Assembly (NCBI RefSeq): GCF_006345805.1
Contig: NW_021834804.1
Span: forward strand, 1-45,223
Source: Octopus sinensis
Lineage: Eukaryota
Length of the DNA: 45,223 nucleotides
Direction of reading: 5' to 3'
The notes beneath the pieces are model-generated. The model had not been told where the DNA came from and did no database searches. It saw only the letters and a list, made by a program, of their open reading frames with translations. Shown in pieces: positions 22,990 through 35,202 of this stretch. How positions within the stretch are numbered: the first letter of the stretch is position 1; every line of letters begins with the position of its first letter. A program made the translations under genes and the position numbers.

Positions 22990-24487
22990 GTTTCTTTATT
23001 AGCCACACAGGGCTTCACACAGATAGAACAAATTACAAGGTAGAGCTTTTCTTTTGGGGGTAAAAAAAAGGGGGTTGGGGTTTCGATCAAAAGGGATCTT
23101 AAAAGGAAAGAAAGAGGACAAAAAAGGAGGATTTTTTAAAAAAAGGGAGGAGAACAAAAAAATAAAAGTAAAGGGAGAGGAAAAAAAGTTGATCAATAGG
23201 GATCGTAATCACAGAAATGTCAATATGAAGTGTAAAGAAAAGCCTACATAAAAGACCACGGTAACCTCGGTCAATGTAGTCACATGTTATTTTCTTTCTT
23301 TTATTTTTTTTTTTTGCAAATAGCAACTCTCTGTATTAATTTTTACGGTTCGTAGAATCATAGTCCAAGGTGGCTTCGTCATTCATACGTGCCATCCTTG
23401 CTACATTCACCCATCTTTTTTTAAAACATTCGCTAGACAAAATTTTGCCTCTCTACTCTCACTTTCCTCTTCATGTGATACTGAAGAAGTTGATGAGAGA
23501 TTGACCAGAGAGAAAGTGTTTGTCTCCAATCCTTTCGGGCGCGTCCACCAGATACATTCTTTCGCCATAGCCACAAGTATGAATAAAATAGCTCTTCCTT
23601 CCCGTTTGAAGGAAGGAGGCGTGACGATATTAACGATAGACTCGGCTGATAAACCGACACGTCCCACGTGACAGCAGTCGTTCGACATAACCCACAGGTC
23701 GGAAATTGCTGGACACTGAACGATTGCGTGCAGAGCGGTTCGTCGCTCTGCCCGCATCTCGGGAAGGTCGGCCCCGTGTTTCTCGAGCCATGACTATAGA
23801 GCTTATCCCGACCGGGTAGCGCTTCTCGGTAGCACCGCCAGGCCAGGGATCTCTAGAAGTTGTCCATAGGTCCCGGGCCGAAAGTCGTTTGAAACAGGCG
23901 GGTCAGGTATTCCTCGTCAACGCCCAGGTTTGCCACGAGATCGTCTTCGTACCTCCCCTCCACTAATCCCCTATAGAATTCTTTGGTTGTGTTGAAGTCA
24001 CTCAAGGTCGACCTGGGACGGCAGAGTTGCTTGAGAGCAACGCGACATTCGCGGTGACATTCGCCCTTCCTCGGCCTCTTTTTGATCCACGACTGTTGTT
24101 CGGTCATGGAGACGAGTTGCGGGAATGCGTGCCTCACAAACGGTGACCACACCTGCTCACCGTCGTGAACATAGAGCCGGAGATGTCGCAGTCTCAGCGC
24201 GTGTCTGCGCATCATCAACCACGGCATTCCCAGCCCTTCTTTTAACGGGTGTTGGCAGCAAATGGATCGCCTGACCATCGGGACGCATCCTTTCCACAAG
24301 AAGCGGAAGAGGATGCGTTCTAGTTTGGTGATGGTAGGGTCGGGACAAGGTAAACGACGGTCATGCGGTTTGTAGATGATGGACGCGATGTAGGCGTTCG
24401 CCACCTCCGCCCGACCTTTTAGGGACACTTTCCTCTCGGCCCATTGCTGGGCGAGAGTGAGACCACCCTACTCGTTTATCTCGTTCA
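22990..24487 (-). mobile_element. L1/Tx1 LINE T3, 5'-truncated with intact 3' end, inserted in (GATA)n
   Basis: ORF 23853-24428 SLKGRAEVANAYIASIIY...LERILFRFLWKG...GLGMPWLMMRRHALRLRHL...FGPGPMDNF, then zf-RVT LHAIVQC and AKECIWWTR. 3' UTR ends ...GGCTAATAAAGAAAC then (TATC)n. Confidence 0.9.
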
Positions 24488-24522
24488 GATAGATAGATAG
24501 ATATGTAGATATATAGGTAGAT

Positions 24523-24561
<39 letters not shown>

Positions 24562-24595
24562 TAAGTTAGATAGATAGATAGATAGAAAGATATAT

Positions 24596-24635
<40 letters not shown>

Positions 24636-24789
24636 AATCGATGATTGATCGATAGATAGATCATATTCTATTGTGCATCCTTTAAATTTCAGGAACACAA
24701 ACCATAGAGCTTCAATTCCCGTTCGCTGTCTTCGATGAGATCCGTCAATCTAATTTATGGCGTAGAATTAAACCATAGCTGTAAACAAT

Positions 24790-24930
24790 TCCTTACGTTT
24801 GTCATCCATTTGCGCCCTATGTGGGGCACTGCCTTAAAGTGTTTTTAGTCGTCACAAATCGACCCAGTATTTTTTGTTAAGCCTGCTGCGTATCTCGCGA
24901 TCCCTTCCGCTGATTTGCCTACAGTTACGC
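24790..24930 (-). mobile_element. Degenerate SINE tail fragment
   Basis: GCACTGCCTT..TTTAGTCG.C..ATCGACCCAG resembles the reverse complement of the OK/OR-like tail. Copy at ~34200-34340. Confidence 0.45.
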
Positions 24931-25409
24931 ACTTTATACTTTTGATTTTTTATATTACTACCATAAAAAAAAAAACAATGAAGGCAATTATCGTCAGGCG
25001 GCAAGCAATATTCTGAATCAGACGTAAAATGCTTTGAAAATGATGTGGTAAAAATGTGAAAATGAAAGTTCAAGTGTAAGGAATTTAACAAGACCGATCG
25101 GCCAAATTACTGGGACGTAACAACCGGAACTTGTTCCCAAGCGGTTTATAGTGGATAAACTGAAACACATACACATATACAGACACGCGCTCACATATAC
25201 ATAGGTATACATATATGTAAAATAATATATATATATATATAATAAAGAAGTGTGGGGTGTTGTGTGTAGATACCAACAGTAAGTTTGGGGCTACTACATA
25301 TATATAATTGGAAATATAGGATAGAATTTTTACGAGGATTTATCAAGTAGTTATCGTAAAAAACCTCAGAAAGGATAACTTATATTATTCCCTATGAATA
25401 TATATATAT

Positions 25410-25685
25410 ATTAAGGGCATTACTTATACATAAATGCCTCACGCTAGGAGGGTCTCTTGAGAGTCAAAACTACTATAAATGCCCACATTGTACAAAACGC
25501 GAGGGAATTGCACTCTCAAGCGAGCCTCCAGAAACAGACGTAGCTGAACATCATATGATCCGTAATTAGTGCACAAAATCCACTTTTCACTCATCAGCGC
25601 AGCCTTTGTCAAGACAAAAAATTAACAAAATCAACGTACCAGACGAACACTTGTATCCTGGCGTTTGATACAATGTGTTATTATA
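25410..25685 (+). mobile_element. MITE, right TIR lost at a rearrangement junction
   Basis: Same left arm and interior as 34814-35153. Sequence switches to Tx1 T1 at 25685. Confidence 0.7.
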
Positions 25686-25995
25686 TTCAGGCAGTCATAG
25701 ATGACGGAAGCGATGTACGCATTCGCCACCTCGACTCGACCCTTCACGAACAGCTTCCTCTCTGCCAATTTCTGGGTGAGATCGACTATCCTGTTCGTCA
25801 CCTCCCACCCGTTGTTGTCCCACCTCGGAGTCTACAGCAGACCAGACCCCAAACAGTTTAACCTGTCTTTCACTTTAGCGCCCTACAAACTGTGGGTTGG
25901 TATGGGTCTGCCTCTCCATCTGCCGATTTGCAGGCCTACCGACTTCTCCTGGATAAGCTTTGCTCCTATCAACACTTCGTGGACAGTATTATGAT
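25685..25995 (-). mobile_element. Tx1 relic T1, partial third copy
   Basis: Colinear with 17008-17315. Confidence 0.85.
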
Positions 25996-26040
25996 GACGT
26001 GGTCCGTGTTAGCGGATACGAACATTCCACATCCTAAGAC

Positions 26041-26072
<32 letters not shown>

Positions 26073-26448
26073 GGCATCTGTATTTCTAATTATATAATTT
26101 CGATTTGAAAATTTCAGTCAGCAGTTTATGATGATTGGCGGTGGAAGTGTAAGAGTTAAAATGAGAGAGGGGTAGAGGGAGTGATAGAAGAGAGAGAGGG
26201 GAAAGAAGAGGAGGAGAGTTGATGTGTACGATTGTTCGTGTGTGTGTGTGTGTTTGTGTCTCTGTGTGTGATGTAATATATACATAACCCTGCCTAAGCT
26301 TTTCTTTAATATGAAACTGGAGGGAATATCACATTAACGATTGCATTAAATGATATAATTTTACTGTGAAGAAGTGAGTGAAATGTTTAGCCGGAAGAAA
26401 TTTCCAATAACAATAATAATAATAATAATAATAATAAAAATATTAATA

Positions 26449-26479
<31 letters not shown>

Positions 26480-26484
26480 TATTA

Positions 26485-26532
<48 letters not shown>

Positions 26533-26533
26533 T

Positions 26534-27042
26534 GAGAGAGCAGTGCATGCCATCAAAGTGACACTAGGGTAAAATATACGAAGCCCAGTATACCCATCAT
26601 GACTACCCGTCTGATAAGGGTACACCAGGCGCATGCATCACAACCATAAATGCGAAACATGATGATCGCATATCAAGATAAAAAGCACATGACCTTTTAG
26701 GTGGGGACCAGTTAGAATTTTCTTCTGGTCGAGTAACCCATCCTGATCAAAAGGTCCCTGAGTAAGAGTTGTTTACGGATTTTGAACGAAACACCCATGT
26801 TTCCAGAGGTGAATTATTCAAAGCCCAAAGAATCCCTCTCAACACATGGCTATGATACTCCCCCACTACTTCTGCTTGTGATCAGAGATGCACATATCAT
26901 CAGCCACTAAGGGACATGCTCAACTGGTTAAGTCGAGCAACTGACGAGCAAATCTGTGGTATTGAGCAGAATATTTGCTGGAGCCCATCCCCTATACCAA
27001 GAAGATGGGCTACATCTCGTTCAACATCCTTCAACAACCCTT
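26534..27042 (-). mobile_element. ~500-bp non-coding retroelement fragment whose 3' end runs into (TAA)n
   Basis: Unique insert within (TTA)n, absent from units A and B. Minus-strand end ...GCACTGCTCTCTCAAT(TAA)n. The last ~40 bp (27003-27042) resemble an inverted copy of internal 26730-26790. Confidence 0.6.
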
Positions 27043-27070
27043 ACTATTATTATTATTATTATTATTATTA

Positions 27071-27113
<43 letters not shown>

Positions 27114-27132
27114 TTGCCAATAGGCCGGCATA

Positions 27133-27364
27133 GCGGTGAGATCTGGCAGAATCTTTAGTACGTCGGGCGAAATGCTAAGCGGTATTTCTTCTGCCGTTTA
27201 TCTTCGGAGTTCAATTTCCCCCGAGGTCGACTTTGCCTTTCATCCTTTCGGGGTCGATTAAAGATACCAGTTACGCACGTGATCGATATAATCGGCTTAA
27301 TCCGTTTGTCTGTCCTTGTTTGTCTTTTCTGTGTTTAGCCCCTTGTGGGTAGTAAAGAAACAGG
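27133..27364 (+). mobile_element. Meta-like SINE, unit C copy
   Basis: Colinear with 8358-8590. Confidence 0.75.
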
Positions 27365-28445
27365 ATACAGTAGACATGGACAGTGGAGATTTAACGCTGA
27401 GACAACGAGTACACAGTTAAAAGAATAACAATGATATCCGACAAAAGAATATAACAATGAAAGTTCGTAATAGGTGCAGGTAATCCCCTGGAGGTGGCTC
27501 AGGTACCCCCACCCCAATCCTGAACCACTCGACGCTTCGAGAGCATCTGGGAAGAACACTCTCCTTTCTTTCAAATTCACTAGCTCAAAGGCGTGTTATT
27601 AGAGTAAGTCCACTCACACGTACCATTTTCGCTATTCATCCACTTCACTCTGCACCCTCATCTTCCTTTCCAAAGAAAATTTGAAAAAGTTGACGAGTGA
27701 TTGGCCGTGGAGAAAAGCCTCTGCCTTTAGTCCTTTTAACCTGGTCCACAACACAGCCTCTTTCGCTACTTGCTATTAGACATAAGTAAATTGCCTGACC
27801 TTCCGGACTGATTGAAAGTGGATGATCGATCTTCACTACGGACTCGCCGATAGATTGAACCACCGTACACGTGCTAACAGCTGTTCAACATAACTCCACA
27901 TGTCAGTAATGCAAGGACACTGGACGAGTGCGTGCAGAATGATTTCATAGCTCTGCGCACATGTCGGGTAGGTCGGTCAGACAGAACTTCCGTGCTTGTA
28001 GAGTTTATCTCGAACCGTCAGTGCCCCCCGACAGCACTGCATAACAAGGGACTTCTAGAAGTTATCCATCGTCCCCGTCTTGAAAGTCCTCCTCAACAGA
28101 CTGGTTAGTTCAATTTTGTCAACGCCTAGCGTCTCTCCAAGTGCTTCATCGCACTTTCCCTCCACTAACACTCCATAGAACTTCAGAGTGGATTTTCTAC
28201 TGATCGCATTGCCCACCTGGTAGAGGACAGTGAGTGCCTAGCAACATCCAGATGCCAGTAACCCTTCCTCGGTCTCTTCTTGACCCACGACTGCAGCTTA
28301 CTCAAGGAGATGAGATGTGGAAAAGCCTGTTTGACAAACGATGACCACACCTGTTCACCATTTACGCAGAATGTTTGGAGGTGCCGCAGCCCCAATGCAT
28401 GTCTTCCACAGCATGCCCAGTGTTCCGGAAATCGGAAAGCGAAAG
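27364..28445 (-). mobile_element. Tx1 relic T2, unit C copy
   Basis: Colinear with 8590-9700; LRHLQTFCVNGEQVWSSFVKQAFPHL...KKRPRKGYWHL. Confidence 0.85.
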
Positions 28446-29649
28446 CACAAACACGAAAATTTGAAAAGGGAAAAGTAAAAACAGCATTTAAGAGTTCTCC
28501 TTGTTAGACTTTGAATTATAAGGCTAATAAAATATCAAAAATCTAATCAAGAATAGACGGAATTTTTCAGTTCTTCAAAATATATTTATACGTGACAACG
28601 ACTGAAAATTCCAGACCTAGAGTCCAATTGAGGATTAAGCATCTTAGATCAGAACAGGATATGCACGCTTTCAGCTAAACAATGTTTATATTTATTCGAT
28701 CCATTCACATAAGTTATGGATTCTCAATTACTTCCCATCCAGTCACATGTGGTGTTTCGTTTTCTTCTTCCAACTTAGCCACTTTTCGTAGCTTACTTTT
28801 GTTATGTTGGAAGGGGATTATGTGATTGGCATAACGACTTTAAAATTCACCTTTAAATAAGCAAAAGAATAAAGATAAAAGATTGTGTGTGTGTGTGTGT
28901 ACATGCATACAAAAATACACCACATACACACGGATATGTACATAACGCGCACACACACACTCATAGGCGTATGGATTATTGTTTCGTAAGTTGTGTCCAC
29001 GAGAAAGACACTTCCAGTGCTCTCATCTGAAAAGCACCAGCATTAACCAGGGGTTAACATTGCGACAGACTGGTATCCGGTGGTGTGTATCGTTGTGTGT
29101 TGAAATACGTTCGATACCGAGATATACTGGGGCCTAATGAGCCTGTAGATCAGGCAGAGAATTTAGCTTAGAAAATGCTTTAATATAGACATTTAGGCAT
29201 GCGCTTCAAGTGTTTGTGTAACGTTTATGGGGAAAGTCGATATGAATATGACAAAAAAATAAAGACCGTATTTTCCGGTGTATAAGCCGCTATTTTGTAC
29301 CTGGGAAATTTAGTGTGCCGCTTAGAGAAAGGTGCGCCCTAATGTGTGTAACTTTTTTATAGTTCCAGGAGGAAAATAATTTGTGTATGGAGATCGAATG
29401 ATTCCACTGATTTTTTTGGAGGAAGAGGTCGGTCGATGAAAGCCTATTGCTACAGGACATTTGCCTTGAAGAAAACAAAGCACAGTTGTTTGTTTTAACT
29501 TCATGTTTTGATAAGTTTTTTTTATCCAATAAAGAAATTTAATATTGACGGAAGCTGTTTTGTTGCTGATTATAGTAAGATAAAATAAAAAAATCAACAA
29601 TACATCTCAAAGTTGAAGAAAAAACTTTTGAAAAAGACACTACACATCA

Positions 29650-30350
29650 CAACACACAAGCTAGCAGCGGTCACGTGGCTCCATAAGTCCTTATAAAACA
29701 CCGGTAGGCTTTATGTGTGGATAAAACCAAAATTTCCCCCAAAATCCCAGCTAAACTTCACATACAATAATACAAACATTAATAAGCCACCTCAATTGTA
29801 TAATACTAATCTTAAGCCAACATTCTACAACCCTGTCTACGAGACGACAAATATTAGTTCCATTACAACCTCTCAATCCGATGCTAATATAAATCCTAAT
29901 TTAGATTCTCCCCACTACAACAACCAACCAACATCAACATTACTAATAGTAAACCCCAACCACTTGCAACTGTCGCGCTTCTGAATATATGGTATGCAGA
30001 CACCTGTCTCCTCAAAGCGTAATCTATAAGTGCCACGTGATTACCCCATGCACCACCAGGCAAGGTGTCATATTAATGGACCTGAGGATTTTCAATGTCG
30101 TTGTTCGTGCTCATATGTATTCTTTCACTAATCCCAAATCTAAACTATTTCAATTTTTAGCAACACACATATACAACCTCAATTCAAAACATGTCCAACA
30201 CCTCTATCGTGGTCCATAGTATGTGAAGCTCCCCTCTACAACACAATATAGGTAAATGTATGTTATGTATAAAAGGGTCATTACTATTCTTCGCCTCCAC
30301 AACTCCCACTGTTAAATTCCTCTGACTTATTTTTTATCGTAAGCATAAAT
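29650..30350 (+). mobile_element. Penelope-like GIY-YIG relic, unit C copy
   Basis: Colinear with 10940-11630. ORFs 29715-29984 and 29989-30219 are its fragments. Confidence 0.75.
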
Positions 30351-30522
30351 ACTGCCCGACATTCATGCACTTCCCTAATTCCAAATAAATAAAGCTGTAA
30401 TGTAAAACAAGTGTCAACCTGACAATCGACAAGTGAACACATTCCAAATAGCAAATATGTGTGTGGTGTCTATGTATACATATATGTATGTTAATATATA
30501 TTCTATATATTATACTATATAG

Positions 30523-30569
<47 letters not shown>

Positions 30570-31614
30570 ATACTAATATATATATTATAATTATATATAT
30601 AGAGCATATGCAACATATGAAATATCCAAATTGCCATTTACCAAATACAAATAATAATATATACATACAAGCTCTTACATACATACATGCAAACACACAC
30701 ACATATACGCACAATATATACATCTAAACTCCTACATTAATACACAGTATTAAAACATTAAGTAGTCAGCATATATATATAGATACCTACAGAAATAAAA
30801 ATATATATACACGCATCCCAAATTATTCCAAGTATTATGATCAATCGATTTTTCATCCTCTCTCAGCCTCCTAAATCTCTCCAGACACCATCACAAATTT
30901 CTCAAATTTTGCTTTTCAACCGTCTCTACTCTCATTTGACCCTTCTCGGCTTCAACAATAATATACAAAAGTCAAATACTAAGAAAATACCGACCCGATT
31001 TTTTGTACTACTAACATTCTTACCCTCCCTCGTACCTGAAAAGTGTCCTTAAAAAATACCCCACGTAATTTGAGATGGAATTGCTGTTTCATTATTGTAC
31101 CAGCTAGAAGGGGATACTCCTTCAACATTCAGATGAATTACTTATTTATTCACATCATTTAAATGTAAACATACGTTATCTTCTAGCTTTGAGATTTTGA
31201 TTATGTGATTGCTTACTTTTAGAATAACTTTGCATGGTGGTTGTGAAAAGGCTGATCTGTTCAGTTTCCACAGAAAACAGGAAGAATATTTGGGCCGACG
31301 CTGGCCAGTGCAATGCTAATGGTTAACTGAAATTTACTGAGTAAAAATAAAAGCATAAAGAACATTTTAGGTAATTTGGGGACCCAAATTTTATGAGGTC
31401 TTAAGGGGGAGAACTTTTTATCCCATCCTTAATGTGTTGGTGAGGAGACTGGACAATGGCCAATAGAAGGCCGATATAATATAATGAAAATCGTAACTTA
31501 CCAATAAAGTGCTGTTAGTCTCTGTTTCGTAAACAGAGGTAGTGAATGTTTATATATATCTATATATATATATATATATGTGCGCATATATATATAATTG
31601 CGTCATTTGTTTTA

Positions 31615-32403
31615 TACTGGTGGTACAGTTTCAAACCAGCAGGATTAACCTGATGCTAATGCTTATAATATACATGCAGCAGAAAGGCGGTGTCGTTCAC
31701 AGGTTTAAAATAACTAAATTGCATTGTATATAAAATATGCTAAAAAGTAAGTTACTTCATGTGTAACATTTAATTCTTATTTTAATGTCTTTTACACAGG
31801 ATAAAACCCGAAATAGTGAACTCGGAATTTTGGAACTAAGTGAAAGACAATGATTGTTTACCATAAAGATTTTCCCGTTTTTTCCGGACCATTCGATGTG
31901 GTTTACCAGAGCCTGGATTGTAGTACAATGCTTGTAAGTTGCGTCCCATGATTTGATTTTCCTCTCTCCTTTATATTATGTATATGTGTTGTGTGAAAGT
32001 GTGTGTCTGCGTGGCGTGTTTGTGTGTGTGAAAATAAGTAAATGTAAATGAATGTATATATGTGTGTATGTTATATATATGTATAATCGATATATGGAGA
32101 GACGTAATAGATAGAGAGATAGAAAGATAAAGATACAGACAATGATTGATAGAGAGATAGCTAGACAGACAACATGATAGTTTGATAGATAGATTGATAG
32201 ATAGATAGATAGATAATATAAATAGATAGATATAGATAGATAATGATAGAATGATGGAAAGATAGATAGATAGTCATAGATAGACAGTGATAGATAGATA
32301 GATAGAGGTATATAACATAGATAGTAGATAGATAGATTGATAGATAGATAGATAAAGAGATACATAGATAGATAGATAGATGGATAGATAGAGATAGATG
32401 GCC

Positions 32404-32438
<35 letters not shown>

Positions 32439-33952
32439 TGTTTCTTTATTAGCCACACAGGGCTTCACACAGATAGAACAAATTACAAGGTAGAGCTTTT
32501 CTTTGGGGGTAAAAAAAAGGGGGTTGGGTTTCGATCAAAAGGATCGTAAAAGGAAAGAAAGAGGACAAAAAAGGGGAGGATTTAGAAAATAAAATAAAGG
32601 GGAGAGAGAAAAAAGTTGATCAATAGGGATCGTAATCACAGAAATGTCAATATGAAGTGTAAAGAAAAACCTACGGAAAACCACGGTAACCTCGGTCAAT
32701 GAAGTCACATGTTATTTTCTTTCTTTTTTTTTTTTTCAAATAAGCAACTCTCTGTATTAATTTTTACGGTTCATAGAATCATAGTCAGGTGGCTTCGTCC
32801 ATTCATACGTGCCATCCTTGCTACATTCACCCATCTTTTTTTTAAAACATTCGCTAGACAAAATTTGCCTCTCTACTCTCACTTTCCTCTTCATGTGATA
32901 CTTGAAGAAGTTGATGAGAGATTGACCAGAGAGGAAAGTGTTGTCTCCAATCCTTTCGGGCGCGTCCACCAGATACATTCTTTCGCCATAGCCACAAGTA
33001 TGATAAAAATAGGTCTTCCTTCCCGTTTGAAGGAAGGAGGCGTGACGATATTAACGATAGACTCGGCTGATAAACCGACACGTCCCACACGTGACAGCAG
33101 TCGTTCGACATAAGCCCACAGGTCGGAAATTGCTGGACACTGCACGATTGCGTGCAGAGCGGTTTCGTCGCTCTGCCCGCATCTCGGGCAGGTCGGCCCC
33201 GTGTTTCTCGAGCCATGCCTATAGAGCTTATCCCGAACGGGTAGCGCTTCTCGGTAGCACCGCCAGGCCAGGGATCTCTAGAAGTTGTCCATAGGTCCCG
33301 GGCCGAAAGTCGTTAGAAACAGGCGGGTCAGGTATTCCTCGTCGACGCCAAAGGTTTGCCACGAGATCGTCGTCGTACCTCCCTCCACTAATCCCCTATA
33401 GAATTCTTTGGTTGTGTTGAAGTCACTCAAGGTCGACCTGGGACGGCAGAGTTGCTTGAGAGCAACGCGACACTCGCGGTGCCATTCGCCCTTCCTCGCC
33501 TCTTTTTGATCCACGACTGTTGTTCGGTCATGGAGACGAGTTGCGGGAATGCGTGCCTCACAACGGCGACCACACCTACTCACCGTCGTGAACATAGAGC
33601 CGGAGATGTCGCAGTCTCAGCGCGTGTCTGCGCATCATCAACCACGGCATGCCCAGCCCTTCTTTTAAAACGGGTGTTGGCAGCAAATGGATCGCCTGAC
33701 CATCGGGACGCATCCTTTTCCACAAGAAGCGGAAGAGGATGCGTTCTATTTTGGTGATGGTGGGTCGGGACAAGGTACGACGGTCAGGCGGTAGTAGATG
33801 ATGGACGCGATGTAGGCGTTCGCCACCTCCGCCCGACCTTTTAGGGACACTTTCCTCTCGGCCCATTGCTGGGCGAGAGTGACCACCCTACTCGTTATCT
33901 CGTTCCAGATAGATAGATAGATATGTAGATATATAGGTAGATAGATAGATAG

Positions 33953-34008
<56 letters not shown>

Positions 34009-35090
34009 GATAGATAGATAGAGATATAGAGAAGATCGATTGATTGATCAATAGATAGATCATTTTCTATTGTTGCATCCTTTAAAATTTCAGGAACACA
34101 AACCATAAAGCTTCAATTCCCGTTCGCTGTCTTCGATGAGATCCGTCAATTCTAATTTATGGCGTAGAATTTAAACCATAGCTTTAAACAATTCCTTACG
34201 TTTGTCATCCATTGGGCTGCGCCTATGCTGGGGCACTGCCTTAAAGTGTTTTAGTCGCACAAATCGGCCCCAGTATTTGTTGATAAGCCTGCTGCGTATT
34301 CTCGCGATCCCTTCCGCTGATTTGCCTACAGTTACGCAACTTTATACTTTTGATTTTTTTTTTATTACTTACCAGAAAAAAGAAAAACATGAATGCAATT
34401 ATCGTCAGCGGCAGGCAATTCTGCATCAGACGTAAATGCTTTGAAAATGATGTGGTAAAAATGTGAAAAGTTTCAAGTGGTTGTAAGGAATTTAACAAGA
34501 TACCGATCGGCCAAATTACTGGGACGTAAAAAACCGGAACCTGTTCCCAAGCGGTCATAGTGGATAAACTGAAACACATACACATATACATACACACGCT
34601 CACATATACATAGGTATATACATATATGTAAAATATATATACATAAGTGTGTGTGTGTGTGTGTATATATAACAAAGTAAGTTTGGGGCTACTAATAAAT
34701 ATATATAATTGAAATATAGGATAAAATTTTTACGAGGATTTATCAAGTAGTTAATGTGAAAAACCTCAGAAGGGATAACTTATTAATTATTCCCTATGAA
34801 TATATTTATATATATTAATGGCATTACTTATACATAAATGTCTCACGCTAGGAGGGTCACTTGAAACCAAAACTACTATAATGCCCACATTGTACAAAAC
34901 GCGAGGGAATGCAACTCTCAAAGCGAGCCTCCAGAAACAGACGTAGCTGAACATCATATGATTCCGTAATTAGTGCACAAAATGCACTTTTCACTCATCA
35001 GCGCAGCCTTTGTCAAGACATAAAAATTAACAAAATCAACGTACCAGACGAACACTTGTATCCTGGCGTTTGATACAATGTGGTTATTAT
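31615..35090 (+). repeat. Duplicated block f (second copy)
   Basis: Colinear with 22157-25685, with many 1-bp indels. Confidence 0.9.
32440..33906 (-). mobile_element. Tx1 LINE T3 in (GATA)n, second copy
   Basis: Same junctions as 22990-24487; IWNEITSRVVTLAQQWAERKVSLKGRAEVANAYIASIIYYRLTVVPCP. Confidence 0.9.
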
Positions 35091-35153
35091 AGTAGTGTTG
35101 ACTTCAAGAATCCCTCTTAGCGCGAGGCATTTCTATATAGTAATGCCCTTAAT
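34814..35153. mobile_element. ~340-bp MITE with ~70-bp TIRs, TTAA-GGGC...GCCC-TTAA termini
   Basis: 35087-35153 is the imperfect reverse complement of 34814-34880 and of 25410-25478. Confidence 0.75.
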
Positions 35154-35168
35154 ATAAATAAATACATG

Positions 35169-35202
<34 letters not shown>

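Larger units (their letters stand above)
22157..25685 (+). repeat. Duplicated block f (first copy)
   Basis: TACTGGTGGTACAGTTT at 22157 and 31615, colinear to ~35090. Confidence 0.9.
25685..31615 (+). repeat. Partial duplication unit C
   Basis: Starts inside T1 (equivalent to 17008) and runs through the c, SINE/T2, d, e and a segments to the equivalent of ~1722. Confidence 0.9.

Noticed and set aside
25575-25600. Minus-strand CTGATGAGTGAAA in the MITE
   Set aside because: No room for helix II and no helix I or III.
26940-26985. CTGACGA followed by a GCAAAT/ATTTGC stem, hammerhead-like
   Set aside because: The stem is followed by TGGAG, not GAAA, and there is no NUH site or helix I.
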